34,063 nt of DNA from a virus (lineage: Duplodnaviria > Caudoviricetes). The translations under genes and the position numbers were made by a program. Of the stretch, positions 25,365 through 34,063 are shown piece by piece. Where the stretch lies: IMG/VR virus record IMGVR_UViG_3300037851_000185, positions 1-34,063 of that record; one strand, written 5' to 3'. The stretch's first letter is position 1. Each line of letters begins with the position of its first letter. The notes under the pieces were generated by a model. That model did not search any database, was not told the DNA's origin, and was given only the letters and a program-made list of their open reading frames with translations.

Positions 25365-26230
25365 CGTCGTCTCCAGGCCAACTCGGCGACCTCGGCAGCG
25401 AGCATCGGACCACACTGTACTCCGCTCTTGTAGAGCGAGCGCACCAACACGACGCCTTCCATTGGCTCAAAGTAGAGGCTCTCTCCAAATGCCTTCTTCA
25501 TGCTCAAGCGAGGCTTCGGCCTCCAACCCTGTATCAACTCGACATTTCCAACTCGCTCCAACTCGATCCCGTTCAAGTTCGCAGCTTCCACGAACTCGTT
25601 GATCTTCTGCTCTGCCCGCTGATCCTGCTCGATTGGATGCTTCTGAAGGAGTGTGTCAGATCCCGCCAACCAGAGCTGCCAATTCCAAGGACACGGGTAA
25701 AGATACAACCCACCAGCAACCCAATCGACCGGGCGACGCGGATGAACAAAGTGGTAACTTGGTCTCGGAGTCTCCTTCACGTTGAGCGAAACGAGAGACC
25801 TCCAACCCCAAACCGGAATCGGATTGAATGGTTCAACCTCCATCACTCCACGCGCACGAATTCGCAGCTTCGCTGGAACCTCTTGTGGGACTCGATGGGG
25901 AGCGTACAGCTCACGGACCCAACGCACATACCCAGGAACGTCCATAATCCAACTCGGTCGCTCGTCTCTGACTCCACGAGTGATGTGAATTGTCGGCTCG
26001 ATCCACCTCCACTTCCCATCTGCGCTTTCAAGTAGCCCGACCCAGTTCCTATAGCCCTTCGCAGCAAGTTCGTAAGAGCTGTCGTCCTGCGGAAGAATCG
26101 CCCCAGTCGAAGCCATCCATGCAGTGTACGGAGAGTCCACGTCGGACCACGTGAACTCGATCCCCCGCTTATCCAACGCCTGAAGGATGAACGCACCAAG
26201 CAACCCACAACCCGTGACGTGAACGCTCAT
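25361..26230 (-). CDS. FAD-dependent oxidoreductase (glycine oxidase/DAO-like)
   Basis: VHVTGCGLLG Rossmann motif, AWMASTG, QGWRP, YKSG....P..A. Confidence 0.8.
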   Translation of the reverse strand: MSVHVTGCGLLGAFILQALDKRGIEFTWSDVDSPYTAWMASTGAILPQDDSSYELAAKGYRNWVGLLESADGKWRWIEPTIHITRGVRDERPSWIMDVPGYVRWVRELYAPHRVPQEVPAKLRIRARGVMEVEPFNPIPVWGWRSLVSLNVKETPRPSYHFVHPRRPVDWVAGGLYLYPCPWNWQLWLAGSDTLLQKHPIEQDQRAEQKINEFVEAANLNGIELERVGNVELIQGWRPKPRLSMKKAFGESLYFEPMEGVVLVRSLYKSGVQCGPMLAAEVAELAWRRR

Positions 26231-27102
26231 ACAAGCTCTCCTCGATCCACGAACGCCCTCTTCCGATCCTTACGAACCCCAGACCACCCACTCAACTCGC
26301 CAAGGTAGCGAGGCGCAAACACGGCCTTCCGAGCGGCCCAAAACACTTCGGAAGAACCAGACGACTCTAGCTTCGTCTGCTGATCGTCGATGTCGTGTCC
26401 AACGTAGTACCTGCCGTGTGTGAGGCTATTGTAGTCGCAAAGACACGTCTCAAGTTGGTCGAGTCCACTGAAGGCCACGCCACGCTTCCGCGTCTCGGCG
26501 AGAAGTTCCTTCTGGAGTCCAACGTCCCGAGCGCATCGCTTCCAGTTCTCTCCCGTGAGAGTCACCATTCCGGGGATCGGTCCTGCGCTCTCTCCGCCGC
26601 CACCGACCCCAATGTCGTCTGCCGTGATCGCGTATCCGTGGACGTTCTTAAGGAGATCGGCCCACTTGTAGCTCGACCAATGTCCGCCGTAGGGAATGGA
26701 TTGGAACGAGGATCGAACGCTCCTCCAACCTCGCTCTCCACCCTCTCCGACACACACACGAACCCATGCGCTCAGGCTTCGGTGCGGACGGAACACTGCC
26801 TCATACATGGCGTTGACGTGGACTTGCGCGAGGTCGTTCCCACGGAAGGCGCGGCGTTCGGTCCCGGTCGGAAGACGAATCGTGTCCAATCTGGCTGGCG
26901 ACGGGTAACGCTTCCACGCCAACTCGGCAGATCCGACGTTGTACCAAGTGACGTATAAGAACGTCCGCCAAAGCGCAGTCTCAAGGTCCACTTCCTCTTT
27001 CGCGTAGACCTCGCGGAGAACCGGATACATCGGGTCAATGTCACCCGACGAAAGCTGACGCTTTGAAAACTCAACGAAGTGTCTGAGGTGATTCTCGTTC
27101 AT
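26227..27102 (-). CDS. amino acid:DNA transferase (aGPT-Pplase2/ADDT family)
   Basis: GDIDPMY, PTGTERRAFRG, G.WSSYKWADLL, QLETCLCDY....GRYYVGHDID. Confidence 0.8.
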   Translation of the reverse strand: MNENHLRHFVEFSKRQLSSGDIDPMYPVLREVYAKEEVDLETALWRTFLYVTWYNVGSAELAWKRYPSPARLDTIRLPTGTERRAFRGNDLAQVHVNAMYEAVFRPHRSLSAWVRVCVGEGGERGWRSVRSSFQSIPYGGHWSSYKWADLLKNVHGYAITADDIGVGGGGESAGPIPGMVTLTGENWKRCARDVGLQKELLAETRKRGVAFSGLDQLETCLCDYNSLTHGRYYVGHDIDDQQTKLESSGSSEVFWAARKAVFAPRYLGELSGWSGVRKDRKRAFVDRGELV

Positions 27103-27518
27103 CGGACCTTCACATAGATCGCCATCGCGTGCCCGTCTTTGGCGTGAACCTCGCCCTTGAACGAGAACCCAAGGCGCTCATAGAACGACCGTGCCTTGTT
27201 GGTCGAATTCGTCTTCAGAGTCATCGGGAAGCCGATGTACTCGACCAACCGACGACCAAGCCCTCTGCCCCTAGCGGAAGAACTGACCGCTATCTCGTAG
27301 AGCACCCGAACCCCGTCCCTCTGACGAATCCGGTAGTGGGCGAACGCGACTTCCCGAATCCCAATGAAGATGTCGTTCTCGGCCTTACCGTTTACCCATC
27401 TCCAAACAACCGCCTTCCCGAACGAACCAAGCTCTACCTTGTTCTCGTCGAACAACCGGACGATCCAACCCTGGTCGCTCTCGTCCAGTCGGACAATCTC
27501 ACCTGGGCTTGTGTCCAC
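27099..27518 (-). CDS. GNAT acetyltransferase
   Basis: LYEIAV...RGRGLGRRL, N.ARSFYERLGF. Confidence 0.9.
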   Translation of the reverse strand: MDTSPGEIVRLDESDQGWIVRLFDENKVELGSFGKAVVWRWVNGKAENDIFIGIREVAFAHYRIRQRDGVRVLYEIAVSSSARGRGLGRRLVEYIGFPMTLKTNSTNKARSFYERLGFSFKGEVHAKDGHAMAIYVKVR

Positions 27519-28335
27519 TCTGCGCTCTCACCTTCTCACGGGCAGTCTTGAGTCCACGGATGCGCTCCAACTCGTCCTTGGGCTCCAGGCAGTTGCACAT
27601 GAGCTTGAGCGCGTAATAGACGACCGTGTAGCGATACGCAGAGGGAGACTTCGGGCGGAAGTATTCGACCCCGTGCAACTCGCCCTGTCCGTCGAACAAG
27701 AACGCACGAGCACCCTCCGTCGAGAACGCGAGCCGATACTCGGGGAACACGAGATTCCCACCTTCCATGCCCCGACTGAACCCGAGCATCGAAGACCACG
27801 CGCCTTTGAAGTTCCCCGTGTCGTAATGGTAAGGCAGCGCGTTGTTCTTGTTACAGATCCCACTGGTGAACACCGAGCCAGGAATGACCCACCGATCCTT
27901 CACTCGCCGAAGCTGTTCCATGTGCTTCTCGAATCGCTTTGGATTCGTCTTCCTGAACCACTCACTCAACCGAGCAGCCTGCTCCGTGAAGATTCGATGC
28001 TCGTTCGGGAAGTCTCGGGACATCGAAGCAGCGTGGCAGAAGTCGGCACGACCCGGACGTCTGGGCATGAAGCCAAAGATGCGAGCCACATTCGGATCGT
28101 CTGAACCGAGTGGCTTCATCTTGCTGCCTCGGTTCGTCGTCGCGTACTCAAGACGATTGAGCGCACCGATGATGTCCGCGTAAGGCCAATTCACCTTCCG
28201 ATAGATGACCACTGGCTCGTCTCGCTCGTTCACGAGAACGCAATCATCGTCTATGAGTTCGTCGTAGTCGGCCTTCGTCAGCTGATCGAAAACCTTTCGA
28301 TTCGTGGTGTGCTTAGTTGCCAGCTTCCTCTTCAT
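27499..28335 (-). CDS. TET/JBP-like 2OG-Fe(II) oxygenase
   Basis: FTSGICNKN..LPYHYD.GN (HxD), GGNLVFPEY, LHGV, RYTVVYY. Confidence 0.85.
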   Translation of the reverse strand: MKRKLATKHTTNRKVFDQLTKADYDELIDDDCVLVNERDEPVVIYRKVNWPYADIIGALNRLEYATTNRGSKMKPLGSDDPNVARIFGFMPRRPGRADFCHAASMSRDFPNEHRIFTEQAARLSEWFRKTNPKRFEKHMEQLRRVKDRWVIPGSVFTSGICNKNNALPYHYDTGNFKGAWSSMLGFSRGMEGGNLVFPEYRLAFSTEGARAFLFDGQGELHGVEYFRPKSPSAYRYTVVYYALKLMCNCLEPKDELERIRGLKTAREKVRAQSGHKPR

Positions 28336-28972
28336 AGTGCCCCAGCAAAGCCAAGAACGCCCCAGTGTGGGTGTTGACGCCTTCTCGTTCCATCACCGCT
28401 TGGATTCGCGACATGACGGATTCGTACTCGTGAGCCTCAAAGTAGAGGACCACCTGCTTGATCTCGGCAGCCGCGTAAGTTTCGAGGTCGTCCTCGTAGC
28501 TCGCACCGACGACCAGTTCCTTCGTCGTTTCTTCGGCGACTGCCAGCATCTCGGCAACTTGGTCCTCGGACCAGCCCACGCCAGAGAGGCCATCCACATC
28601 GGAGAGTTCCTTCAGAATCTCGACGAGCTTCCCTTCGTCCCATCCACCCGTCTGTACGAGTCAGTTGTCGGCAAGTAGGTACGCTTCTGCCTCTCGGTCG
28701 TTCTCGAATGAGATGCCACGGATGACCGGAAGGAGCCACGACTTGCCCTTCTTCTTGACCCTATCGGGAGGATCGCTCCCCTCCGATTGCATCTTGAGAA
28801 GTGTCTCAAGGCGACCGTGGCCTGCAACCAATTGACCAGAGCGTTCGTCGATGAGGAGTGGTTGTATGAACCCGAACCGACGAACCGAGTCACCTAGCGT
28901 AGAGAGATCGTGCAACTTCGGGTTGCGAGGCCACGCCTTTACCTCTTCCAACGGAACGTAGTCGATACGCAT
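28313..28972 (-). pseudogene. ParB-like N-terminal-domain protein interrupted by an in-frame TGA
   Basis: PRNPKLH, FGFIQPLLID, LVAGHGRL, YLLADN-TGA-LVQTGGWDE; the two track ORFs share one frame. Confidence 0.75.
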
Positions 28973-29000
28973 CGCATCAGCCTTCCTTGAACCTTCTCCT

Positions 29001-29294
29001 TCACACCTTCAGATCGGTCGGAAGCCACCCAAGGACTACCAGGGCGTCCCGTAACACTCGGACCTCGTCTGAGTCCATCCCCGTTGTTTCGCCTCGCTCC
29101 AACATCCTCACCACGATTCGCTGGAGCACCTTCTTCTGAGCCTCGAACTTCGCACGCAAGTCTCGATTCTGAGACTTTTCTGCCACCTCGGGTAGTTTGA
29201 GTTCTTGACTTGAATGAACCGTTACGTCGTTCACAACACTCTCCGTACCAGGCAGCTCAAGCTGTCCGGGTAGTGACTTCATGCGCTTCGACAT
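29001..29294 (-). CDS. hypothetical protein
   Basis: 97 aa, GQLELP near N-terminus. Confidence 0.55.
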   Translation of the reverse strand: MSKRMKSLPGQLELPGTESVVNDVTVHSSQELKLPEVAEKSQNRDLRAKFEAQKKVLQRIVVRMLERGETTGMDSDEVRVLRDALVVLGWLPTDLKV

Positions 29295-30903
29295 GAATCC
29301 GCTGGGCAGCCTTCGGCTTCAACGCCTCGACCAAATATGGGTTGTGGGTAATGACGACGACCTTCCGGTCGTCTGCCAGTTCCACGAGGTAGTCGCCTAA
29401 CGCAGTCACGCCTTCCTCGTCGAGACCATCGAACACCTCGTCCAAGAACAGATCCCCTCTTACACCCGAAGCTCCCTCCGCAAGAGCCGACAAGCCGATG
29501 AGCATCGCAATATCGACTCTTCGGCGTTGCCCATCCGACGCAGCCTGGTATCCGAGACCTCCTCCTGCTCCGTTGATCTGCATCGAGATCGTCTCGACCG
29601 TGTTCCCTGACTTCTGCTCGGAGTACGGCTTCAGCTCCAACGAGACCTCTGGAGAGATCGTGGAGAGGACGCCGTTCGCAACGACCTCCAACCCGCTGAG
29701 TGCCTCGGCGAGAACCGCCGAACGAACTCCTCTCAGGCCAAGGACGAGCTGGGCGGCCTTCAGTTCCTCGACCTCGACCTCGCACTTTGCACGGTTCCGT
29801 TCGTGTTGTGAAAGATCCTTCTGGAGCTTCTGGATCTGATCCCGTGAATCGTCTGAAGCCTTGAGGAGACGATCCTTCAACCCACTACTCGCCTTGCTCT
29901 GCTGGATCTTCACCTTCAGAGTTGAAGCCTGCTTGAGCAATCTCTCCATCTCTTCGGCCTTCTTCTGAACGACTCCGTCGATCCGCTTCTTGGTGCTCTC
30001 GGATTCCTTGGCACCCTCTTCGGCCTTGAGCTTCGCGGCATCCACTCGCTTCTTGATCTTTGCGACGAACGTAGCTTCCAGTGGCCGTTCGCAGGTCGGG
30101 CAGTTCCCATTCTTGAACCGCTCTAATTCTCGCTCGGACGCAGACAACTCAGCTCTCGATTCGGCCAGTCGATGCACCACCTCATCACGTTCCGCTCTTG
30201 CCTCTCGCAACGACTTCTCGGCCTTGGCTCGCGACTTCTCGACGGAGTCCAACTCAGAGCTGTCCACCTCTGGCGCGCTCTCCTCTGCCTCTTGGAGCGA
30301 AGTCTCGGCCAACGTGAGTGCCTCTCGCTCTCGCTCCAGCGCAGAGGTGCAGCGTTCAATCTGCGAGATCGCCAAATTCAGTTCGGCTTCGGCCTTGCGC
30401 AAGTCCACTTTGCAGGCGGACAGAGCGTCGTCGAACTTGGACAATCCGAGGATCGCCTCAAGTAGCGCCTTCCGGTCTGAGTCTCGACCCGCTGAAAACT
30501 TCGCGGCATCTGCCTTGGTGAAGACGGCGCAACGCTTCCACACCTCATGGGAGGGGATGAGTTCAGACAGAGCCTCTTGTGCTTTCGCGGACGAAGGGTA
30601 CGTCGAGTTGTTGTGTTCGGTCTCGAACGCCAACACCGGAGAACCTTTCGCGGTCTTTGTACGAGTCGCGAACAGGCCCTCTTTTCCAATCGCCCAGGCT
30701 GAAACGTGACCCTTTGAATTGGCTCGCCAAGGGCTGCTCCCTCGGACGGTGTCTCCCCAGAACGCAGTCGAGATCATCTCGATGATGGAACTCTTCCCTT
30801 CACCGTTATTCCCAGTCACGAGCACGAGCCCGCTTCTGACAAGATCAAGGTCGAGGTCGTCGAACGCCATGAAGTTCGACGCTGCAAGACGGTAGACAAT
30901 CAA
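29257..30903 (-). CDS. sbcC: SbcC/Rad50/gp46-like SMC ATPase
   Basis: NFMAF, GNNGEGKS, CPTC zinc hook, SDGQRRR, FLDEVFDGLD, VITH; start reassigned to TTG 30903 (TTGA overlap). Confidence 0.92.
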   Translation of the reverse strand: MIVYRLAASNFMAFDDLDLDLVRSGLVLVTGNNGEGKSSIIEMISTAFWGDTVRGSSPWRANSKGHVSAWAIGKEGLFATRTKTAKGSPVLAFETEHNNSTYPSSAKAQEALSELIPSHEVWKRCAVFTKADAAKFSAGRDSDRKALLEAILGLSKFDDALSACKVDLRKAEAELNLAISQIERCTSALEREREALTLAETSLQEAEESAPEVDSSELDSVEKSRAKAEKSLREARAERDEVVHRLAESRAELSASERELERFKNGNCPTCERPLEATFVAKIKKRVDAAKLKAEEGAKESESTKKRIDGVVQKKAEEMERLLKQASTLKVKIQQSKASSGLKDRLLKASDDSRDQIQKLQKDLSQHERNRAKCEVEVEELKAAQLVLGLRGVRSAVLAEALSGLEVVANGVLSTISPEVSLELKPYSEQKSGNTVETISMQINGAGGGLGYQAASDGQRRRVDIAMLIGLSALAEGASGVRGDLFLDEVFDGLDEEGVTALGDYLVELADDRKVVVITHNPYLVEALKPKAAQRIHVEAHEVTTRTA

Positions 30904-31262
30904 GCGACACTCTCCCGCACACCAGAGGCGATCTTGTCGATGATCGTGAACGCTTCGAGCATCCGTTCCTGAACGTCCTCGGGCAGCTCGGAGTAGTCCT
31001 TCTTGCGGTGTCTCCGTTCGACGTAGACCATGCACGCACTCGGTCGAATCTCACCCTCGGAGAGAGCGACGATTCCACATCGGTCGCAGGTATACGCCTG
31101 GCGTGAAATCGCCACCGACACATCCCCCCAAACGAAGATGATCTGGCCAGTGGTGAACACCATCGGGCACACGCCACATCGATCTGCCGAATCGGACCAC
31201 TCGTAGTACGACGCACTGTGCCATCGCTTGATCACCTCGGAATCAGCAATCTTCGGATTCAC
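30900..31262 (-). CDS. Cys-rich hypothetical protein
   Basis: CGVC and CDRCG; coupled by overlaps to both neighbours. Confidence 0.6.
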   Translation of the reverse strand: MNPKIADSEVIKRWHSASYYEWSDSADRCGVCPMVFTTGQIIFVWGDVSVAISRQAYTCDRCGIVALSEGEIRPSACMVYVERRHRKKDYSELPEDVQERMLEAFTIIDKIASGVRESVA

Positions 31263-32344
31263 TTCAGGTACCCCTTCACGCGCTCCAACACGCGCTCCTT
31301 CTTGACGCCCTCGGAGAGTTCCATCTTCCCGATGAAGGTCTTGAGCGCGCCTTCGAGCGACGCCGACGAGCGTGCGAGCTGCGCTGCCTGGGATGCCGCT
31401 TTCCGCTGACTGGTTCCATCGACCATCACCGAACCATCCACGATCTTTTCGAGCTGACGCATGGCGTCGATGATTCGCCTCGCCTCAACCACCTCGTCCG
31501 GCTGAACATGCACTTCCACGAACACCGAACAATCTTCTTCCCCGAGGTCGAAGTCTCTTGCAGAGTCCAATCCGCGAAGGGAAATGAACCTCGGTCCAGG
31601 GACACGGATAGACTCGAACTGAAGAGTCTCACTGTCCCAAATCGCCATCCAACCGTAAGCGTCGAACCCAGGATTGTCGAACCCCGTGGGACACAGGCAC
31701 CCGACCTGCTGCACGGACGGACGACTGAACCAACGCTTCCGCTCGTGCCAGTTCCCCGCTGCGACTCCACCCAACTTCCGCTCACGCATCATCTCAGAGA
31801 GCACCTCGACCGAGATCGAGTCGGGTGCGTCCACGAGGTACTTCGCAGTCGAATCGTCTCTCACCCCGGAATGAATCCCGACGAGTGGCGCACTCCCCTT
31901 CGCGCGCCTTCGTGGAAGATGCCTCTCCACCTGAGCAGGGATGATCTCGTCCGCCTTCCCGTGCGTGTACGGTAGCGCGAGGAAACTCAACTCTGGGAAG
32001 TACGTCGGTTCCTCGACGATCCTCGCAATCGGCTTGAGTGGGGCGAGCGCGTTGTCCCCCGGCCGATCGGAAGTCAGGTCGTGATTGCCTGCCACGATCA
32101 GAGGAGAAGTCGCGAGGCTCAGAATCTCCTGTACGGCCGCCTCAACCTGTGGACTCGGACGGTCGTGATCAAACAAATCCCCGAGCACTACAAACGCAGC
32201 GCAGTCGTTGCGATTCGCCGTATCAACCGCCAACGAGAGGGCGTCCAGTACCATCGTACAACGAGAGTTGATCCCGCCTAGGTACGCTCCACCGAATCTC
32301 TTTGGATTGCCGACGTGTACGTCAGCCACAAGAGCGAGCTTCAC
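31259..32344 (-). CDS. sbcD: SbcD/Mre11/gp47-like metallophosphoesterase nuclease
   Basis: ADVH, LGDLFD, AGNHD, GIH, GNWH motifs. Confidence 0.92.
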   Translation of the reverse strand: MKLALVADVHVGNPKRFGGAYLGGINSRCTMVLDALSLAVDTANRNDCAAFVVLGDLFDHDRPSPQVEAAVQEILSLATSPLIVAGNHDLTSDRPGDNALAPLKPIARIVEEPTYFPELSFLALPYTHGKADEIIPAQVERHLPRRRAKGSAPLVGIHSGVRDDSTAKYLVDAPDSISVEVLSEMMRERKLGGVAAGNWHERKRWFSRPSVQQVGCLCPTGFDNPGFDAYGWMAIWDSETLQFESIRVPGPRFISLRGLDSARDFDLGEEDCSVFVEVHVQPDEVVEARRIIDAMRQLEKIVDGSVMVDGTSQRKAASQAAQLARSSASLEGALKTFIGKMELSEGVKKERVLERVKGYLK

Positions 32345-32354
32345 ATTCTTCTGA

Positions 32355-32681
32355 TTACCGGGCAGGAATCTCCATTCCGTCTATTTCCACCTGACCGACC
32401 TGGGTGAGATAGAAGAACGCCCCGGAACGAGTGAACCAACCCTTCGTCTCTGCCTCGATCAGTTCGCCCAGTACGGGTAGTTCAGGGAGCCCGAGGTCAG
32501 CCGCGATGGATCGAGCGGTGAATCCGGTCGGGTGCTTCCGTGCCCACTGTAGGACTCGGGACAGAGGTGCCTTCGAGGGCTCTGCCTTCTTCTCTTCCTT
32601 GGCCTCTTCGCGTTCGTCTGGTTTGTTCGCCTTGGTCGCCATCTGCGAAGGTTCTACTACGCCTGACCCTTCACAATCCAC
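32355..32681 (-). CDS. hypothetical protein, possible winged helix
   Basis: FTARSIAADLGL...YLTQVG; start may be ATG 32642. Confidence 0.55.
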   Translation of the reverse strand: MDCEGSGVVEPSQMATKANKPDEREEAKEEKKAEPSKAPLSRVLQWARKHPTGFTARSIAADLGLPELPVLGELIEAETKGWFTRSGAFFYLTQVGQVEIDGMEIPAR

Positions 32682-32920
32682 ATCCGAACCCGGTCGGACG
32701 CTCGGTTCGCACGGGACTCGTCGCCCTTGCTAACCTCTGCCTCCAAGATCCCCGCAACGATCGCGGCTGCACGCTCCAGGGTGAGCTGAGACAAGTCGTT
32801 CGGATACCCGAGAATTGCCCAGATTCCGACGAGACCCGCCAGTAGATCCTCAGACCGCGTCTTCCCGACCTCGGACTCGAAGATCATCCGAGCCCTGGAC
32901 TTGATCTCCTTGTGGATCAT
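32657..32920 (-). CDS. hypothetical protein
   Basis: ATGA overlap with the RecA-like stop. Confidence 0.5.
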   Translation of the reverse strand: MIHKEIKSRARMIFESEVGKTRSEDLLAGLVGIWAILGYPNDLSQLTLERAAAIVAGILEAEVSKGDESRANRASDRVRMWIVKGQA

Positions 32921-34026
32921 TCCATCGCACCCGCGTCCAGCTCCGACTCAAGCCTAGAAAGAATCTCAGCCCCATCCTCGGTGTAAAGATCCTTCATGCG
33001 GTACTTCTCACCCTGCCACTCGAACGACGAACCAACCGTCAGCCGAATCTCCTTCGGAGCGTCGATCAAACCTCGGTGCATCGCTTCGTGGACCAACTCC
33101 CGAGGACGGTCGAACCCAATCGGAGAGATTCCATCACCTGTCGCCGTGTAGAAGTACGCCTCCCCAAACGCAGGACCGTGCTTGTTCTTGAGTATCTTCA
33201 CGCGATGCCTACGCCCAACGACCGGAGCACCCTCCTCCGAGTGATCCTTCACCTGACCCGCGAACGTCACCCGTGACTGCACCATCGAATCGTAAACGAG
33301 TGCGTTCCCTCCACGCACCTTCACCTCGGGCGTCCATCCACCATTGACAGCACCCTCGTACTCGTGAGCGATGGCGGCGAAGATGATGTCGTCGTCTCCG
33401 ATCCTCGGTCCGAGTGCAATCAACCACGACGTGTTCATCGCTGCTTGGAGGCGACCAACACCCGAATGAACGGCGTCTCCTCCCTCCTTCTCCAACTTCT
33501 TGAGGGTAGACTTCGGGACCATCTTCGAGAGCGAATCCACGACCACGAGAAGAGGAGTACCCGGACGAATCTTTCCTTCGCGCTTCTTCTCTTGGTACCC
33601 GTCCAAAACACCGTCCACTTCTTCGACGATCTCCTCGAAGGTGAGTGGAATCTTCTTCTCGTTCGAGTTCGGATCTGTGCGTCCAATGTAGAGACAGCGG
33701 CGAGTATCCACTCCAAGCTGCCTGAACCACGTCGAAGTGGACGCAGACAACTCAGCGTCCACAAACGCACAGATCCCTCCGATGTTCTGGAACGAACGAA
33801 TCAACGCACAAGTGAACACGGTCTTCCCACCACCAGACGGACCATGAACCAGCCAGATGCACGAGAGAGGCGCACCACCAACCCGTGTTGCACGGTTGAA
33901 GCCACGGAGGATGGTCGGGACTGTCTTGAAAGTCTCGACCTCCTCCATGAGCCTCGCTCGCTTCGAGCGAGACGCAAGCTCGATGTAGATCGAGGAGGGG
34001 TCTTCCTCCTTCTTGCGTCTCACCAC
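32917..34026 (-). CDS. recA: RecA/UvsX-like recombinase
   Basis: GPSGGGKT, FVDAE, VVVDSL, GGNALVY, KILKNK. Confidence 0.9.
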   Translation of the reverse strand: MVRRKKEEDPSSIYIELASRSKRARLMEEVETFKTVPTILRGFNRATRVGGAPLSCIWLVHGPSGGGKTVFTCALIRSFQNIGGICAFVDAELSASTSTWFRQLGVDTRRCLYIGRTDPNSNEKKIPLTFEEIVEEVDGVLDGYQEKKREGKIRPGTPLLVVVDSLSKMVPKSTLKKLEKEGGDAVHSGVGRLQAAMNTSWLIALGPRIGDDDIIFAAIAHEYEGAVNGGWTPEVKVRGGNALVYDSMVQSRVTFAGQVKDHSEEGAPVVGRRHRVKILKNKHGPAFGEAYFYTATGDGISPIGFDRPRELVHEAMHRGLIDAPKEIRLTVGSSFEWQGEKYRMKDLYTEDGAEILSRLESELDAGAME

Positions 34027-34063
34027 TTCACATCCCGCTTTCGCTCGTTCGGCGGACGCTTCA

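Noticed and set aside
28661-28663. Genome-wide TGA recoding as the explanation for the ParB stop
   Set aside because: Many genes end in TGA with ATGA/GTGA coupling to the next start, so TGA is a normal stop here
30904-31035. N-terminal extension of the SbcC ORF in the track
   Set aside because: Overlaps the Cys-rich gene; SbcC similarity begins at TTG 30903
1-34063. tRNA, rRNA, integrase, tail or lysis genes
   Set aside because: None recognisable in this window

Overview
A GC-rich tailed-phage (or prophage) segment with almost all genes on the minus strand. In transcription order (high to low coordinates) it holds: (1) a recombination module (RecA-like, SbcD/Mre11-like, SbcC/Rad50-like); (2) a tightly coupled DNA base-hypermodification operon (ParB-like, TET/JBP-type 2OG-Fe(II) oxygenase, GNAT, amino acid:DNA transferase, FAD oxidoreductase, P-loop kinase); (3) a run of small accessory ORFs including a frameshifted DUF932 gene; (4) a probable small terminase and a large terminase split into an ATPase(+KTSC) gene and a nuclease gene about 5.2 kb apart, with cargo ORFs between them; (5) thermonuclease, portal, gpF-like head protein, small head proteins, scaffold and major capsid protein. 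A 12-bp palindrome, CTAATCGATTAG, recurs at six gene boundaries, and there are two candidate structured RNAs. All protein calls come from motifs recognised by eye and from gene order; no database search was run.
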